Shown piece by piece: positions 10,197 to 20,100 of a DNA stretch of 50,711 bases. Source of the stretch: a bacterium (GTDB taxonomy: Bacteria > Zhuqueibacterota > Zhuqueibacteria > Oceanimicrobiales > Oceanimicrobiaceae); the NCBI GenBank assembly GCA_046757025.1, contig JBHHXN010000017.1, forward strand, positions 1 to 50,711, in the 5' to 3' direction. The stretch's first letter is position 1. Every line of letters begins with the position of its first letter. The notes beneath the pieces were generated by a model. The model ran no database searches. It was not told the DNA's origin and was given only the letters and a program-made list of their open reading frames with translations. A program made the translations under genes and the position numbers.

Positions 10197-10654
10197 CTGG
10201 TTACCGTGATTCAGAAAAGTGCTTGAGATCGCAACCGAACGCCGTCGAAAAAGGTCTGCCGCAGCCAGATTGGAAGAATACAATCGTCATCACTACCCAC
10301 TGGTCTCGGGTACCATGTGCACTATCTCTCGGCAATGATCTGGCGCTTATACCCTTGGGACGGTTCTCGTGACGCCGGTTACGACTGGCTGTTCAAATGA
10401 GATGAAAATTAGGAAAGCGCGGGTGCGATGAATCAGGGGAAATTAGCTTTTTCAAAAGTGAGCGATTCATCGTCGCTGGAATTTCAGTGTTCAAGCCGGG
10501 ATGTGGGAAGGCACCTGTTGAAGCGTCAGGAACAAAACGGTTTAATAATAAGGAGCGCTTTCATTCGAAGCGAAAAATCTCCTGAAATATTGTAGATCAA
10601 ACTGAGAGAGACCCCTCTCTCCTACCCCCAACAATATTGCTTCATTACAAATAA

Positions 10655-11041
10655 TCAGTCCAAGACCAAATCGGCGATTTGCTGCGTAACTTTTCCCACC
10701 GAGTAGAACGGTTTTTTGAAAAACATGGCAGCGCCGTTCATCTTCATCTCGTTGATGTAATCCTCCGGAAACAGATGACCGGACATGGCCACGAATTTCA
10801 CTTCAGGGTTTTGACTGCGGGCGATTTGCAGGACCTCCAGGCCGTTGATGCCTTCGGGCATTTTGATGTCGCAGACCACCACGTCAAACCGGTCTTCTTG
10901 CAAACGCCTGATGCAATCCTGCCCATTGAATTCAGATGCCACCGTGAATCCCATTCGTTCAAAACGTCGCTTCAGAATGTCAACGATGATTTCTTCATCA
11001 TCGACAATTAAAATTTTTTTTGTGGGAGATGTCATTTTCAT
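10655..11041 (-). CDS. Single-domain response regulator (CheY-like receiver)
   Basis: ILIVDDEE, VVCDIKMP, MSG, KKPF. Confidence 0.92.
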   Translation of the reverse strand: MKMTSPTKKILIVDDEEIIVDILKRRFERMGFTVASEFNGQDCIRRLQEDRFDVVVCDIKMPEGINGLEVLQIARSQNPEVKFVAMSGHLFPEDYINEMKMNGAAMFFKKPFYSVGKVTQQIADLVLD

Positions 11042-11918
11042 TGCCCTTCGATTCGGTTTCCGTTTTTCTTCGTTCTGTTGGGAAGGTCATGGTAAATTTA
11101 GTACCCTGCCCCTTTATAGAATGCAAATGGATTTGACCTTGAAATTCGTGTACAATACTTTGCACGATAAACAGACCTAACCCCGTCCCTTTGTTTCGGG
11201 CTTTGGTGGTGAAAAAGGGTTCAAAAGCGGATTGCTGGGTTTTGCGAGACATGCCGTTGGCGTTGTCGGAAAAAATGATTTTAACAGTGTTTTGACAATC
11301 GATCAGGGTGGAAATGGTCATCTGTTTCTGGCGACCGTCCTTGACGGATTTGAACGCTTCGTTGGCGTTCGCGATTAAATTTTGAAACACCGATTCCAAT
11401 TTGTTTTGCTGTCCCCAAATTTTCGGCAAGTCGGCAGTGAACAAAAGTTTAACTTCGATACCGGCTTTTTGCAATTGCCCGTTAAACAGAATAAGCGAAT
11501 CTCGGATGGTTTCATTGACGTTGATTTGCGTCCAGTTCGCGTTTGAATCGTTGCGGGTGTATTGCCGGATGTGATCGATGATAGCCCGCATACGCTGTGC
11601 CGAGTTTTTGATGTTTCGCGCGGATTTCTGTACCAGTTTCTCATCTAAAAAACGCTCATCAAATCCGTCTAAAAGCTCATCGGCTTCTGCACTGATTATG
11701 GTCAATGGATTGTTGAGCTCGTGCGCAATGATGGCGCCTTGTGTGCCCAGCGCCGCTAATTTTCCCGCCTGAATAAGCTGTGCCTGCAGCTTTTGAATTT
11801 GGCCATCACTTTCATTCAGAAGCTGCATCAGGGTTTTATTCATTCGTAAAACCTCGTTGTAGCTTTGGTTATTATTCAAATCGGCGTGGCGGATATTTTT
11901 GTTATACGACTTGGGCAA
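10998..11918 (-). CDS. Cytoplasmic histidine kinase (HisKA + HATPase_c) with no sensor domain; alternative ATG start at 11843
   Basis: AHELNNPL (H box), NLIANANEA (N box), FEPFFTTK and GTGLGL (F/G2 boxes). Confidence 0.9.
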   Translation of the reverse strand: MPKSYNKNIRHADLNNNQSYNEVLRMNKTLMQLLNESDGQIQKLQAQLIQAGKLAALGTQGAIIAHELNNPLTIISAEADELLDGFDERFLDEKLVQKSARNIKNSAQRMRAIIDHIRQYTRNDSNANWTQINVNETIRDSLILFNGQLQKAGIEVKLLFTADLPKIWGQQNKLESVFQNLIANANEAFKSVKDGRQKQMTISTLIDCQNTVKIIFSDNANGMSRKTQQSAFEPFFTTKARNKGTGLGLFIVQSIVHEFQGQIHLHSIKGQGTKFTMTFPTERRKTETESKGNENDISHKKNFNCR

Positions 11919-12120
11919 TTTGAAATATATGGAATTTTTTTGGAAATTATTTTGTTTGCGGAATAATTGCGTTAAATTAAGTAATTATTATTCAAACTTA
12001 AGGTGTAGTAAGTACTTAAAGTGCGATTGACAACCCATGCACGAATATCGACTTTTTGGCTCACATTCTAAAGCAGAATTAAAAAAATATCAATGAAATA
12101 AAATATTTGTGAAATATATC

Positions 12121-12149
12121 TTGACAACCCCTCATTTCGATGTTATATT
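12121..12149 (+). promoter_or_regulatory. sigma70-type promoter upstream of sigA (extended -10)
   Basis: TTGACA-N17-TATATT with TG at 12141-12142. Confidence 0.65.
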
Positions 12150-12505
12150 AGTGGCTGTTCAAAATTGAACGTTAACGTGGGAGAGGATGGGCAATTTTAC
12201 GCACGGAAAGTATAAATTGGCCACCGTTGTAACGGTTTACCCTGTTTCTTCAACCCGCGATTGCGGAACGACAGACAGAACAGTTTCCGGCCGTATAATT
12301 ATTAATATCAATAGGTTATTTGATAATTATCGTTAAATTAAAGCTAAAGGTTAGTATATAAGCGGAGCCATAAGTCCACATTCGCAATTACACTTAGAAA
12401 TGAAACAAATAGTGGCAGCGAAAAGTATAAAGAAACAAAATAATAGTTATAAATTGTATTAAAAACTTAAACTTATATAATTGAAAAGGATACGTAAGCT
12501 CGAGT

Positions 12506-13363
12506 ATGGCGAAAAAGCAAAAGAAAGGTGACAATAGACCCAAGCAATCTATTGAAAAATATTTGGAAGAAATCGGTGGATTTTCACCGCTGCCGCCGGC
12601 AGAAGAAATTGAATTGACCCGCCGAATTCGTAAGGGTGATTCAATCGCTCTGGACAAATTAGTGAAAGCAAACTTGCGTTTTGTAATCAGTGTGGCCAAA
12701 GAATATCAAGGCCAGGGGCTGCCTCTGCAGGATCTCATCAGCGAAGGCAATCTCGGATTAATCAAGGCGGCTCAGCGTTTTGATGAAACGCGTGGATTCA
12801 AATTTATTTCGTATGCGGTCTGGTGGATTCGGCAATCGATTCTACAGGCGCTGGCCGAGCAATCGCGCGTGGTGCGCTTGCCGCTGAACCGCGTGGGCGC
12901 CATCAACAAAGTCGGTCGGGTGCTGGAAAAGCTGGAAAAAGTGTACGGCCGCGAGCCCAGCATGCACGAAGTCGCCGACAGTATGGAAATGACCGACTAT
13001 GAAGTAGCCGACGTGCTGAAAACTTCTGCACGTCATCTATCGCTGGATGAGCCCTTCAAAGAAGAAGAAGGCAACAACTTACTGGACATTCTGGAAAGCG
13101 ACAAATACGCACCCCCGGATGATTCGCTTATGCAGGAGTCGTTAAAAGAAGAAATCGATAAAGTGCTGGTGACGCTCAAGCCGCGTGAGGCGGAGATCAT
13201 CCGTTTGTATTTTGGCCTGGAAGGCGACCGTCCGTTGACTCTGGAAGAAATCGGCGAGCATTTTCAGTTGACCAGAGAACGGGTAAGGCAGATCAAGGAA
13301 AAAGCCCTGCGCCGCATGCGGCACCGCTCGCGTCTGGAACCGCTCAGAAAATACTTGGGCTAA
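12506..13363 (+). CDS. rpoD: RNA polymerase sigma factor, RpoD/SigA family, short form lacking region 1.1
   Basis: ANLRFVISVAKEY, DLISEGNLGL, GFKFISYAVWWIRQSI, TLEEIGEHFQLTRERVRQIKEKAL; 285 aa. Confidence 0.93.
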   Translation: MAKKQKKGDNRPKQSIEKYLEEIGGFSPLPPAEEIELTRRIRKGDSIALDKLVKANLRFVISVAKEYQGQGLPLQDLISEGNLGLIKAAQRFDETRGFKFISYAVWWIRQSILQALAEQSRVVRLPLNRVGAINKVGRVLEKLEKVYGREPSMHEVADSMEMTDYEVADVLKTSARHLSLDEPFKEEEGNNLLDILESDKYAPPDDSLMQESLKEEIDKVLVTLKPREAEIIRLYFGLEGDRPLTLEEIGEHFQLTRERVRQIKEKALRRMRHRSRLEPLRKYLG

Positions 13364-13382
13364 CCTGATTTTGAATGAAACA

Positions 13383-13417
13383 GGCCTCTGGTGAGAATTC
13401 GCCAGGGGCTTTTTTTT
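13383..13417 (+). terminator. Intrinsic terminator after the sigma gene
   Basis: GGCCTCTGGTGA-GAAT-TCGCCAGGGGCT hairpin followed by a T run. Confidence 0.85.
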
Positions 13418-13582
13418 GCTAAAACCTGGTGAATAAAGATATTCAAGGTTTGACATGAGCTGAGAAAAAATGTTTGGCTATTGTCTAAAAAAGGAAGGAT
13501 TTTAGACACATATACCTAATGCAGTGGAGCCGCAACCAAAAAGGCAAAATGATTATGGGCAAAATAATTTTAACTTAAATTG

Positions 13583-13929
13583 AGCGATTCGCTATTGGCT
13601 GTTGGCTGTTAGCCAATAAAACGCAATTAGCTAGCGATTGAACGAAAACGACCCATCTTCCTGAAGGCCTCCTTGCTTAGGGTGAATATCTGCCTCGCTC
13701 GGCGAGGACGCCTTCGCGAAGGGGTTTTTAATTGGCCCATTTCGCGAGTTTTCGATCAAACACTAAATAACCACTCAATCACTCTAATTTTGGAATAGTT
13801 GGGTAATCTCTTTCATAGCAATTGCTTAAATACGAATTCATCGGCCGCACCTCATTTGATTTTGTTTAAATTATCTAACTGCGAAACGTGAGTTAAATAC
13901 CAATAGCCAAAAGCGAAAAGCCAATCGCT
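13583..13929. repeat. Inverted pair of degenerate heptamer arrays enclosing a MITE
   Basis: 13583-13614 AGCGATTCGCTATTGGCTGTTGGCTGTTAGCC versus 13900-13929 CCAATAGCCAAAAGCGAAAAGCCAATCGCT. Confidence 0.6.
13632..13765. mobile_element. MITE family A, empty copy (134 bp)
   Basis: Imperfect terminal inverted repeats TAGCGATTGAACGAAAAC / GTTTTCGATCAAACACTA; colinear homologue at 42988-43169. Confidence 0.75.
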
Positions 13930-14162
13930 GGTTTCGAGTGTAAATAAAAGCTCATGCAAGTAGGCAATGTATTTAAATAGAATTGTTCTTTTCTTTGCGA
14001 GCTTAGCGGCTTTGTGTAAGATTTTTACAAACTTTGCTAAAAAAACAACGTTTTTCGGGACAATAGAATATAAAACAATTCAGGAAACAGGGGAACAACC
14101 GTGGGAACTTTACATGACTAACTGAAAAGTATCTGACAAAACAAGAGCGAATTAAAAAATAA

Positions 14163-14322
14163 GCGAGCGCACGCCACGGTATGGGGCCGCTATCTGATCG
14201 AGAAAGACGGCAATGTGGCTGCGGTGCAACGCCAGTTCGAACACCAGAACGCCGCTTACTCGCTGCAATACACCCGCATTACCAGGGAGGAATTAGATGA
14301 AGTCTTGGATGATCGAGAATGA
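14163..14322 (+). pseudogene. Tyrosine recombinase C-terminal remnant (frameshifted)
   Basis: ASARHGMG, then +1 frame RYLIEKDGNVAAVQRQFEHQNAAYSLQYTRITREELDEVLDDRE*: RH motif, LGH-like FEH, and Tyr nucleophile region. Confidence 0.7.
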
Positions 14323-14429
14323 GTATCTTGAATTTGAAAGTCAAGCCCCAACCCCGGACGATAAGTATAATCGTCGATTGCTTCAAACGGTTGCTGGGTA
14401 AGAAAACGATTAAGCAGCTTGACTAAAGA

Positions 14430-14603
14430 AAGCTGGATAAGTTTCGCCCCGGGATCGAATCTCTGATGGCGAATGGCTCCTTGCAGAAGTTCATCACCAA
14501 TCGGTACAGAACAACAGAGGCGAACCTGTACAACTTGATGAAGAAAAGGGGAATCGGCAGGGCTAACCTGGTTACAGGGAAATCCTCCGTTGTTGATAGT
14601 TAA
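14430..14603 (+). pseudogene. Serine resolvase/invertase C-terminal HTH remnant
   Basis: KLDKFRPGIESLMANGSLQKFITNRYRTTEANLYNLMKKRGI with no start codon; resembles resolvase HTH tails. Confidence 0.55.
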
Positions 14604-14715
14604 AGACTCGCACGTGCCTCAGAGTGGTGCGCCCTTGAATTTCGAATGTTTTCCGCTGTATCTTTAGGGTAGTCGTTTTTCATTGAAGGCCCTTCGAGCA
14701 AAGAGGATAAAATAA

Positions 14716-14964
14716 TTGGCAGAAGAAATAATTGCAAAACGAATCATTCGTCCCCACGAAGAGGCAACGTTGAACGCTGGCGAATTCGATGTAAAAACTA
14801 GCACGCCAGCAGTTAATTTAAAACTTGACTTTCCTCAAAGCGTGCAAAATCTTATCACATGGAAAGAAGAGGTAGTAGGCAGCGAAGAACATTGCACCAA
14901 GATTTTCAAAATTCACAACCGAAGCAATTTTCTTGTTTATGCTAAGTTGATCAAACAGTATTGA
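14716..14964 (+). CDS. Small hypothetical protein (82 aa)
   Basis: TTG start with GAGGA RBS at 14703-14707; plausible globular composition; no motif recognised. Confidence 0.5.
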   Translation: MAEEIIAKRIIRPHEEATLNAGEFDVKTSTPAVNLKLDFPQSVQNLITWKEEVVGSEEHCTKIFKIHNRSNFLVYAKLIKQY

Positions 14965-15070
14965 GACATGACCGTTAGAGTCAATACCTTTTTTAGTTGA
15001 AATAGAAAAATTTTTTTGTGTAGACATTATTGATTTATTATCAATAACTTATAGAGTCACTTTCTAAAAA

Positions 15071-15086
15071 CAACCGGACACTAGTG
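15071..15086. mobile_element. Orphan IS4-like terminal repeat
   Basis: CAACCGGACACTAGTG resembles IS4-family ends; no partner end or transposase in the window. Confidence 0.35.
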
Positions 15087-15389
15087 AGACCAGATGATAA
15101 AATTGTGAATAGCTTGCTTAAACATTAGAGGATCAGGAAAGTTATTTCCACTCTTCATATCAAAAACATTTTACGCATTTTTTCCTTTCCAACTTCTATT
15201 GCTTATTTCAATCTAATCGCGTTTTACCATTTTTATTATTGTAATAATCTGCGTTTACTCAACCAGAATTAAAGTTCAGACAAAAGGCACTATGTTCAAC
15301 TTTATTCAAAAAAATTGCTGCCCTGGCACCTTCTCTTACTAAGAATCTTTTTTGAATATGATGACAGAAAAGCTGCCTTCCCATTCAGG

Positions 15390-16565
15390 TTAAGACTTTT
15401 CCCACAAATCAACTTCAAACCCGATACCAGCCAATTTATTAGCAAGCGAAGTTTCTACCGCAGCCAGTTGAATGGTTGTATTGTGAAATTCCCGGCGCAC
15501 TGGATAGTCTTTGCGTAGGGAATCAAAATAGCGGCCTCTTTCGGCTGGCGGTATTTTGAACATCTGCCGCAGAGCAAAATCGTCTTTACGAATATCATAA
15601 GCCGCTAAAACGCTTTTTGTCAGAAGTTGGTTTTCGTCTGTGCCGGCGGGCAGGGTCAGTTGTGACACCGGCGACTCGGGCAGGCTTTGTTGGGCATTCC
15701 AGGTGGACAGCACCCCAAAAAAGCGGCAGGCGGCCTCGTAGATCATGCGGGTGCCGTTGACTTTGCCGTCCAGGCTGTAGCCTGCGATGTGCGGCGTGGC
15801 CAGCTCCACCCTTTCCAGCAATGCCGCATCGATATTGGGCTCGCCTTCCCAGACGTCCAGCACCGCGGTCGTGGAGGTTTTCGCCAGCGTGCGTTTTAAA
15901 GCGGTTTCATCCACCACGGCGCCACGGGAGGTGTTGATCAACAGTGCGTTTTTTTTCATTCGACTCAAAAACGACTCATCCACCAGATGGTAAGTGGGGT
16001 AGCGGCCGCTGGTCTGCAACGGCACGTGAATGGAAACGATGTCGGCTTCCAAAACTTGCTCCAGCCCCAGAAATTGTGGGTCGCCGGTTTGTTCCTGCAG
16101 AGGCGGATCGTTCACTAAACAGCGGACACCCAACGCGTGCAGTTTTTTCTGCAAGCGGGAGCCCACATTGCCGCAGCCGATGATGCCTACGGTTTTGTCC
16201 TGCAGGGTGAATCCCTGGCGCTCGGTTAACACCATGAGCGCGCTCAAAACGTACTCGGCTACGGAGTTGGCGTTGCAGCCGGGGGCACTGGCGAAACCGA
16301 TGCCGCGCTGCTGCAGATACTCCACGTCCAGGTGGTCCAGACCGATTGTGGCGGTGGCCACAAACCGCACCGGGCTTTTATGCAGCAGCTCATGGTTCAC
16401 CCGCGTAACCGAGCGCACCAGAAGCATGTCGGCATCGACCAGATGTTCTGCTTGGATTTCCCGGCCCGGCAGTGTGGCGACCTGGCCTAGCGTGGTAAAG
16501 GCTTGCCGCACAAACGGGATGTTTTCATCAGCGACGATTTTCAATTTACTTTCTCTGTTATCCAT
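15390..16565 (-). CDS. pdxB: Erythronate-4-phosphate dehydrogenase
   Basis: KIVADENIP, LLVRSVT, TATIGLDH, APGCNA, GCGNVG, DVWEGEP, TPHIAGYSLDGK, LRKDYPVRREF. Confidence 0.96.
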   Translation of the reverse strand: MDNRESKLKIVADENIPFVRQAFTTLGQVATLPGREIQAEHLVDADMLLVRSVTRVNHELLHKSPVRFVATATIGLDHLDVEYLQQRGIGFASAPGCNANSVAEYVLSALMVLTERQGFTLQDKTVGIIGCGNVGSRLQKKLHALGVRCLVNDPPLQEQTGDPQFLGLEQVLEADIVSIHVPLQTSGRYPTYHLVDESFLSRMKKNALLINTSRGAVVDETALKRTLAKTSTTAVLDVWEGEPNIDAALLERVELATPHIAGYSLDGKVNGTRMIYEAACRFFGVLSTWNAQQSLPESPVSQLTLPAGTDENQLLTKSVLAAYDIRKDDFALRQMFKIPPAERGRYFDSLRKDYPVRREFHNTTIQLAAVETSLANKLAGIGFEVDLWEKS

Positions 16566-16784
16566 TCAGGTTTCATTCCGCTCGACCTGCTGTTAAAATT
16601 GAACACTGAATTGCACCGAATTGCACCGAAGGATTTTTTCGCTCCATCCTAATAAAAAAATCATGGTCGGTTCGTTTTATCTGCAAAATGGTTGAACCGC
16701 TATGGCGCGAATTACGCTAAACTCCAAAATTGAAATAAATGAGGAGCAGATGGCTTGAAAATCTTGGATGAGAATTTGAGCAGG

Positions 16785-16818
16785 ACACCCCCCTTCCCCC
16801 CCCTCAAGGGGGGAATCC
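16785..16818. repeat. C/G-rich REP-like hairpin
   Basis: ACACCCCCC-TT-C run-TCAA-GGGGGG-AATCCC in an intergenic region. Confidence 0.5.
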
Positions 16819-17057
16819 CACTAAGCGGGAGAGAGGTTCTTGCCTGATGATAAACTCACATTCTGTTCTGTGCACTAAAACCACGGGATAACAACTCTGA
16901 GCCGTTGTGTTGCTCACATTAGACATTTTACAGTCGTCGTGTAATGTAAGAAAATTTATCCTGAAAAACAACGCTGCGTTGAAAATTAAATTCCATTTTG
17001 AAAGGAAGAAAATAGCCAAAGAAAGCAGGATTTTGGTTTACAACCTTTTTCTATGAC

Positions 17058-17086
17058 TTGCATTTCCAAATATTTTTAAGTAACTT
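17058..17086 (+). promoter_or_regulatory. sigma70-type promoter of the alpha-2-macroglobulin gene
   Basis: TTGCAT-N17-TAACTT. Confidence 0.45.
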
Positions 17087-17173
17087 TTACAAGCCTTTCT
17101 ACTTACCCTTTTCACAGCATATTTTTATATCAACCACGGTCTGGTTTTTTCACTTTTAACAAAAGGAAAAATC

Positions 17174-20100
17174 ATGAGCAAAACCAATTCTTCCCAATCC
17201 CCCAAAAACCAGGATGACAACGATTCCAAAAATGACCACTCAAAATCAAAATTCCTTTTTCTGAAATATCCCTATTACATCATTGCCGTTTTGTTGGCGA
17301 TCATTTTGGTGGGACTGCTGTACGTTCTCTTTTCCGGCCGCGGAAGGGAAACCGTGCAGGTGACGGCTTTTACGCCGGAGGGCGAAGTTCAGCAAACCAC
17401 GAATTTCACGGTGGAATTCAGCAAAAACCTGGCGCCGGATTCATTGCTGAACGTGCAGTTAGACGGGGCTTTTATCGAATTCAAACCGCCCCTGCCGGGC
17501 CAATACCGCTGGATCGAAAAGAACAAACTGCGCTTTTATCCGGACGTGCAACTGGCGCCCTCCACGGCATACCGTGCTGAGGTTTCATCGCGAGTCGCCA
17601 CCGATTACGGCTACTCTCTGGCCGGCGCACGGGAGTTTCTATTTTACACCACACGCTTCCAAGTGAACAGCGCCATCCTGACGTTTGAGTACACGCCGGA
17701 ATCGTTTGAAACTGTCAAGCTGTTGTCCACCATCGAATTCAACTATGACGTGGATCCGCTGGAAGCTCAGCGAAGCATCGCGCTGTTGAACAAGGCCGGC
17801 AAAAGTCTGCCGTTCACGCTGCAAACCACGGCGCCAGACCGTATTTTGCGTCTGGAAGCGGAAAACATCGAGCGCGGCGAAGACAAAAAGGAAATCCGTC
17901 TGAAGATCGCTCAGGGTTTGCTCTGCCTGGGCGGCAATCTCGGTCTGGAACGCGATTTCATCAAACCGATGATTTTGCCCGGTCAGATGGATTTGAAAGT
18001 CGAGCGCATGCTGCCAAAAAAATCCGCGCCGTCAAAAGGTTTCGTGCAAATTCAGTTTAACCTGCCCATCAACATCCAGAACGGCGGGCAATTCATCCGC
18101 GTGCAACCGCCGATCAAGTACCAGATCACGGCTTCCCACCGCTACCTGGAGTTGAAAGGCGATTTCAAGATGGGCAGCACCTACCAGGTGTCCATTCGCA
18201 AAGGCCTGCAGGCTGTGGACGGCTCGCCGCTGGAACGGGATTTTTCCAGCGCGGTCACGTTCCGGAGAGAACAGATTCCGCCCCAGATCGATTTTGTAGG
18301 CGAGGGATTTTATCTCACTCGCAGCGGCAAGCTCAATCTCGGGCTGTCCACCATCAACGTCAACAAGGTCAATTTTGAGGTGGAAAAAATTTATGCCAAC
18401 AATCTGGCCTATTTACTGAACCGCAACGATCTGAGTCAAAAGTGGGCCTCCTACAATTTGCGCACATTGGGACGGCGGATTCACCAATCGGATCTAGTGG
18501 TGCAAAGCGTGGAGAACGAAGAGGTGGTGACCCCCATCAACGTCAAAGAATACTTAGCTGGCGAGCGGCTGGGCATTTTTAAATTGACCGCGCGGTTGAG
18601 CGAGCAGCGCTGGCGCCACGCTTCGAAATGGGTCATTGCCACCGACATGGGCCTGCTGACCAAAAAAGCCGGCGACGACCTCTGGGTGTGGGTGAATTCC
18701 CTTTCGATGCTCGAGCCGGTGACCGGCGCGGAAATCACCCTCATCAGTCAGAACAACCAAATTTTGATGTCTGCGAAAACCAACCAGGACGGCATCGCGG
18801 TGTTCGAAAATTACACCCGCTACACCGAAGATTTTGTGCCCTACTTGATCACAGCCTCCCTGGGAAACGATTTTTCCTTTTTAGAGCTGCATCGGCGGCG
18901 CATCCCCACTTCGGATTTTGACGTGGGCGGCGCAGCTTATTTGCAGCACGGGTACGAAGCGTTTATGTACAACGAACGCGGGGTGTACCGGCCAGGCGAG
19001 CACGCGCACCTGGCGGCGGTGGTGCGCGGTGAAAACATCTCCGTACCCACCGCGTTTCCAGTGAAGCTGCAGGTAAAAGGCCCGGACGGCAAAATTCTCA
19101 CCGAGCAAAAATCCCGGCTCAACGAGGCCGGCGCCGCGGAGTTCGATGTGGCCGTTCCGGAGTTCGCCATGACCGGCGGCTATCTGGCGCGCTTGTTCAT
19201 TGGCGACAAACAGGAAATCGGGCGGACGTCTTTCAACGTGGAAGAATTCATCCCCGACAGAATGAAAGTCAAACTCAGCACGAACCGGAAGGAATACTCG
19301 GCCGGCATGGAAATGCAAATCAACGTAGAGGCGGTAACGCTGTTCGGGCCGCCAGCGGCCGGACGTCAGGTGGAAGCCGAACTGCAAATCGAGCCGTTCG
19401 TTTACTCCCCGCCGGACTGGCAATCGTTTACATTCTACGATCTCAGCAAATCGTACAGCACGGTAAAAATCAACCTCGGCGCCCGCACCCTGGACGCCAG
19501 TGGGCAGCACACTTACACGCACCAAATTCTTAAAAATCTCAATCCGCCCTCGGCCTTGCGCGCCGTGATCTACACCACGGTTTTAGAACCCGGCGGCCGC
19601 GGTGTGAGCGCCAACAAAGGCGTGCTCATTCATCCGCACGAAACCTATGTGGGCATGCGCAAAACCCAGGAGGGCTACGCCAAACCCGAAGAAGAAACCG
19701 AATTTGATTACGTGGTGCTGAACCAGGAAAACCAACTGCTGGCGCAAAGGAGCGTGGAAATTTCACTCTACCGCATTTACTGGCACAGTATTTTGAAGCG
19801 CGTGGATTCCCGCCGCGGCTATCGCTACGTTTCGGAGAAAGTGGAAGAATTGCAGCACAAATTCACCACTACTTCAGAGGCCAAAATCAACCGTTTCAGC
19901 GTAACCCCGGACCAGTACGGCCGCTACCGCGTTCTGATTCGTGACCTGGCTTCCGGCGCATCAACCTCGCTGAGTTTTTACTCCAGCGGCTGGGGGTATT
20001 CACCCTGGGCCATGGCTCATCCAGACCGCATCGAGTTGGATTTAGACAAAGAAGTGTATTCGCCCGGCGAAAAAGCTCGAATTCAAATCCGGGCGCCGTT

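Noticed and set aside
10200..10400. Possible frameshifted gene remnant (PDWKNTIVITTH.../GYHVHYLSAMIWRLYPWDG...)
   Set aside because: Protein-like but not assignable to any family by eye; needs blastx.
12175..12295. Glycine or c-di-GMP riboswitch
   Set aside because: GGAGAG and GGCAA...GAAA fragments are present, but the downstream conserved elements (CCGAAG/CTCTCAGG; GCAAAGC) are missing. Kept only as an unknown structured leader.
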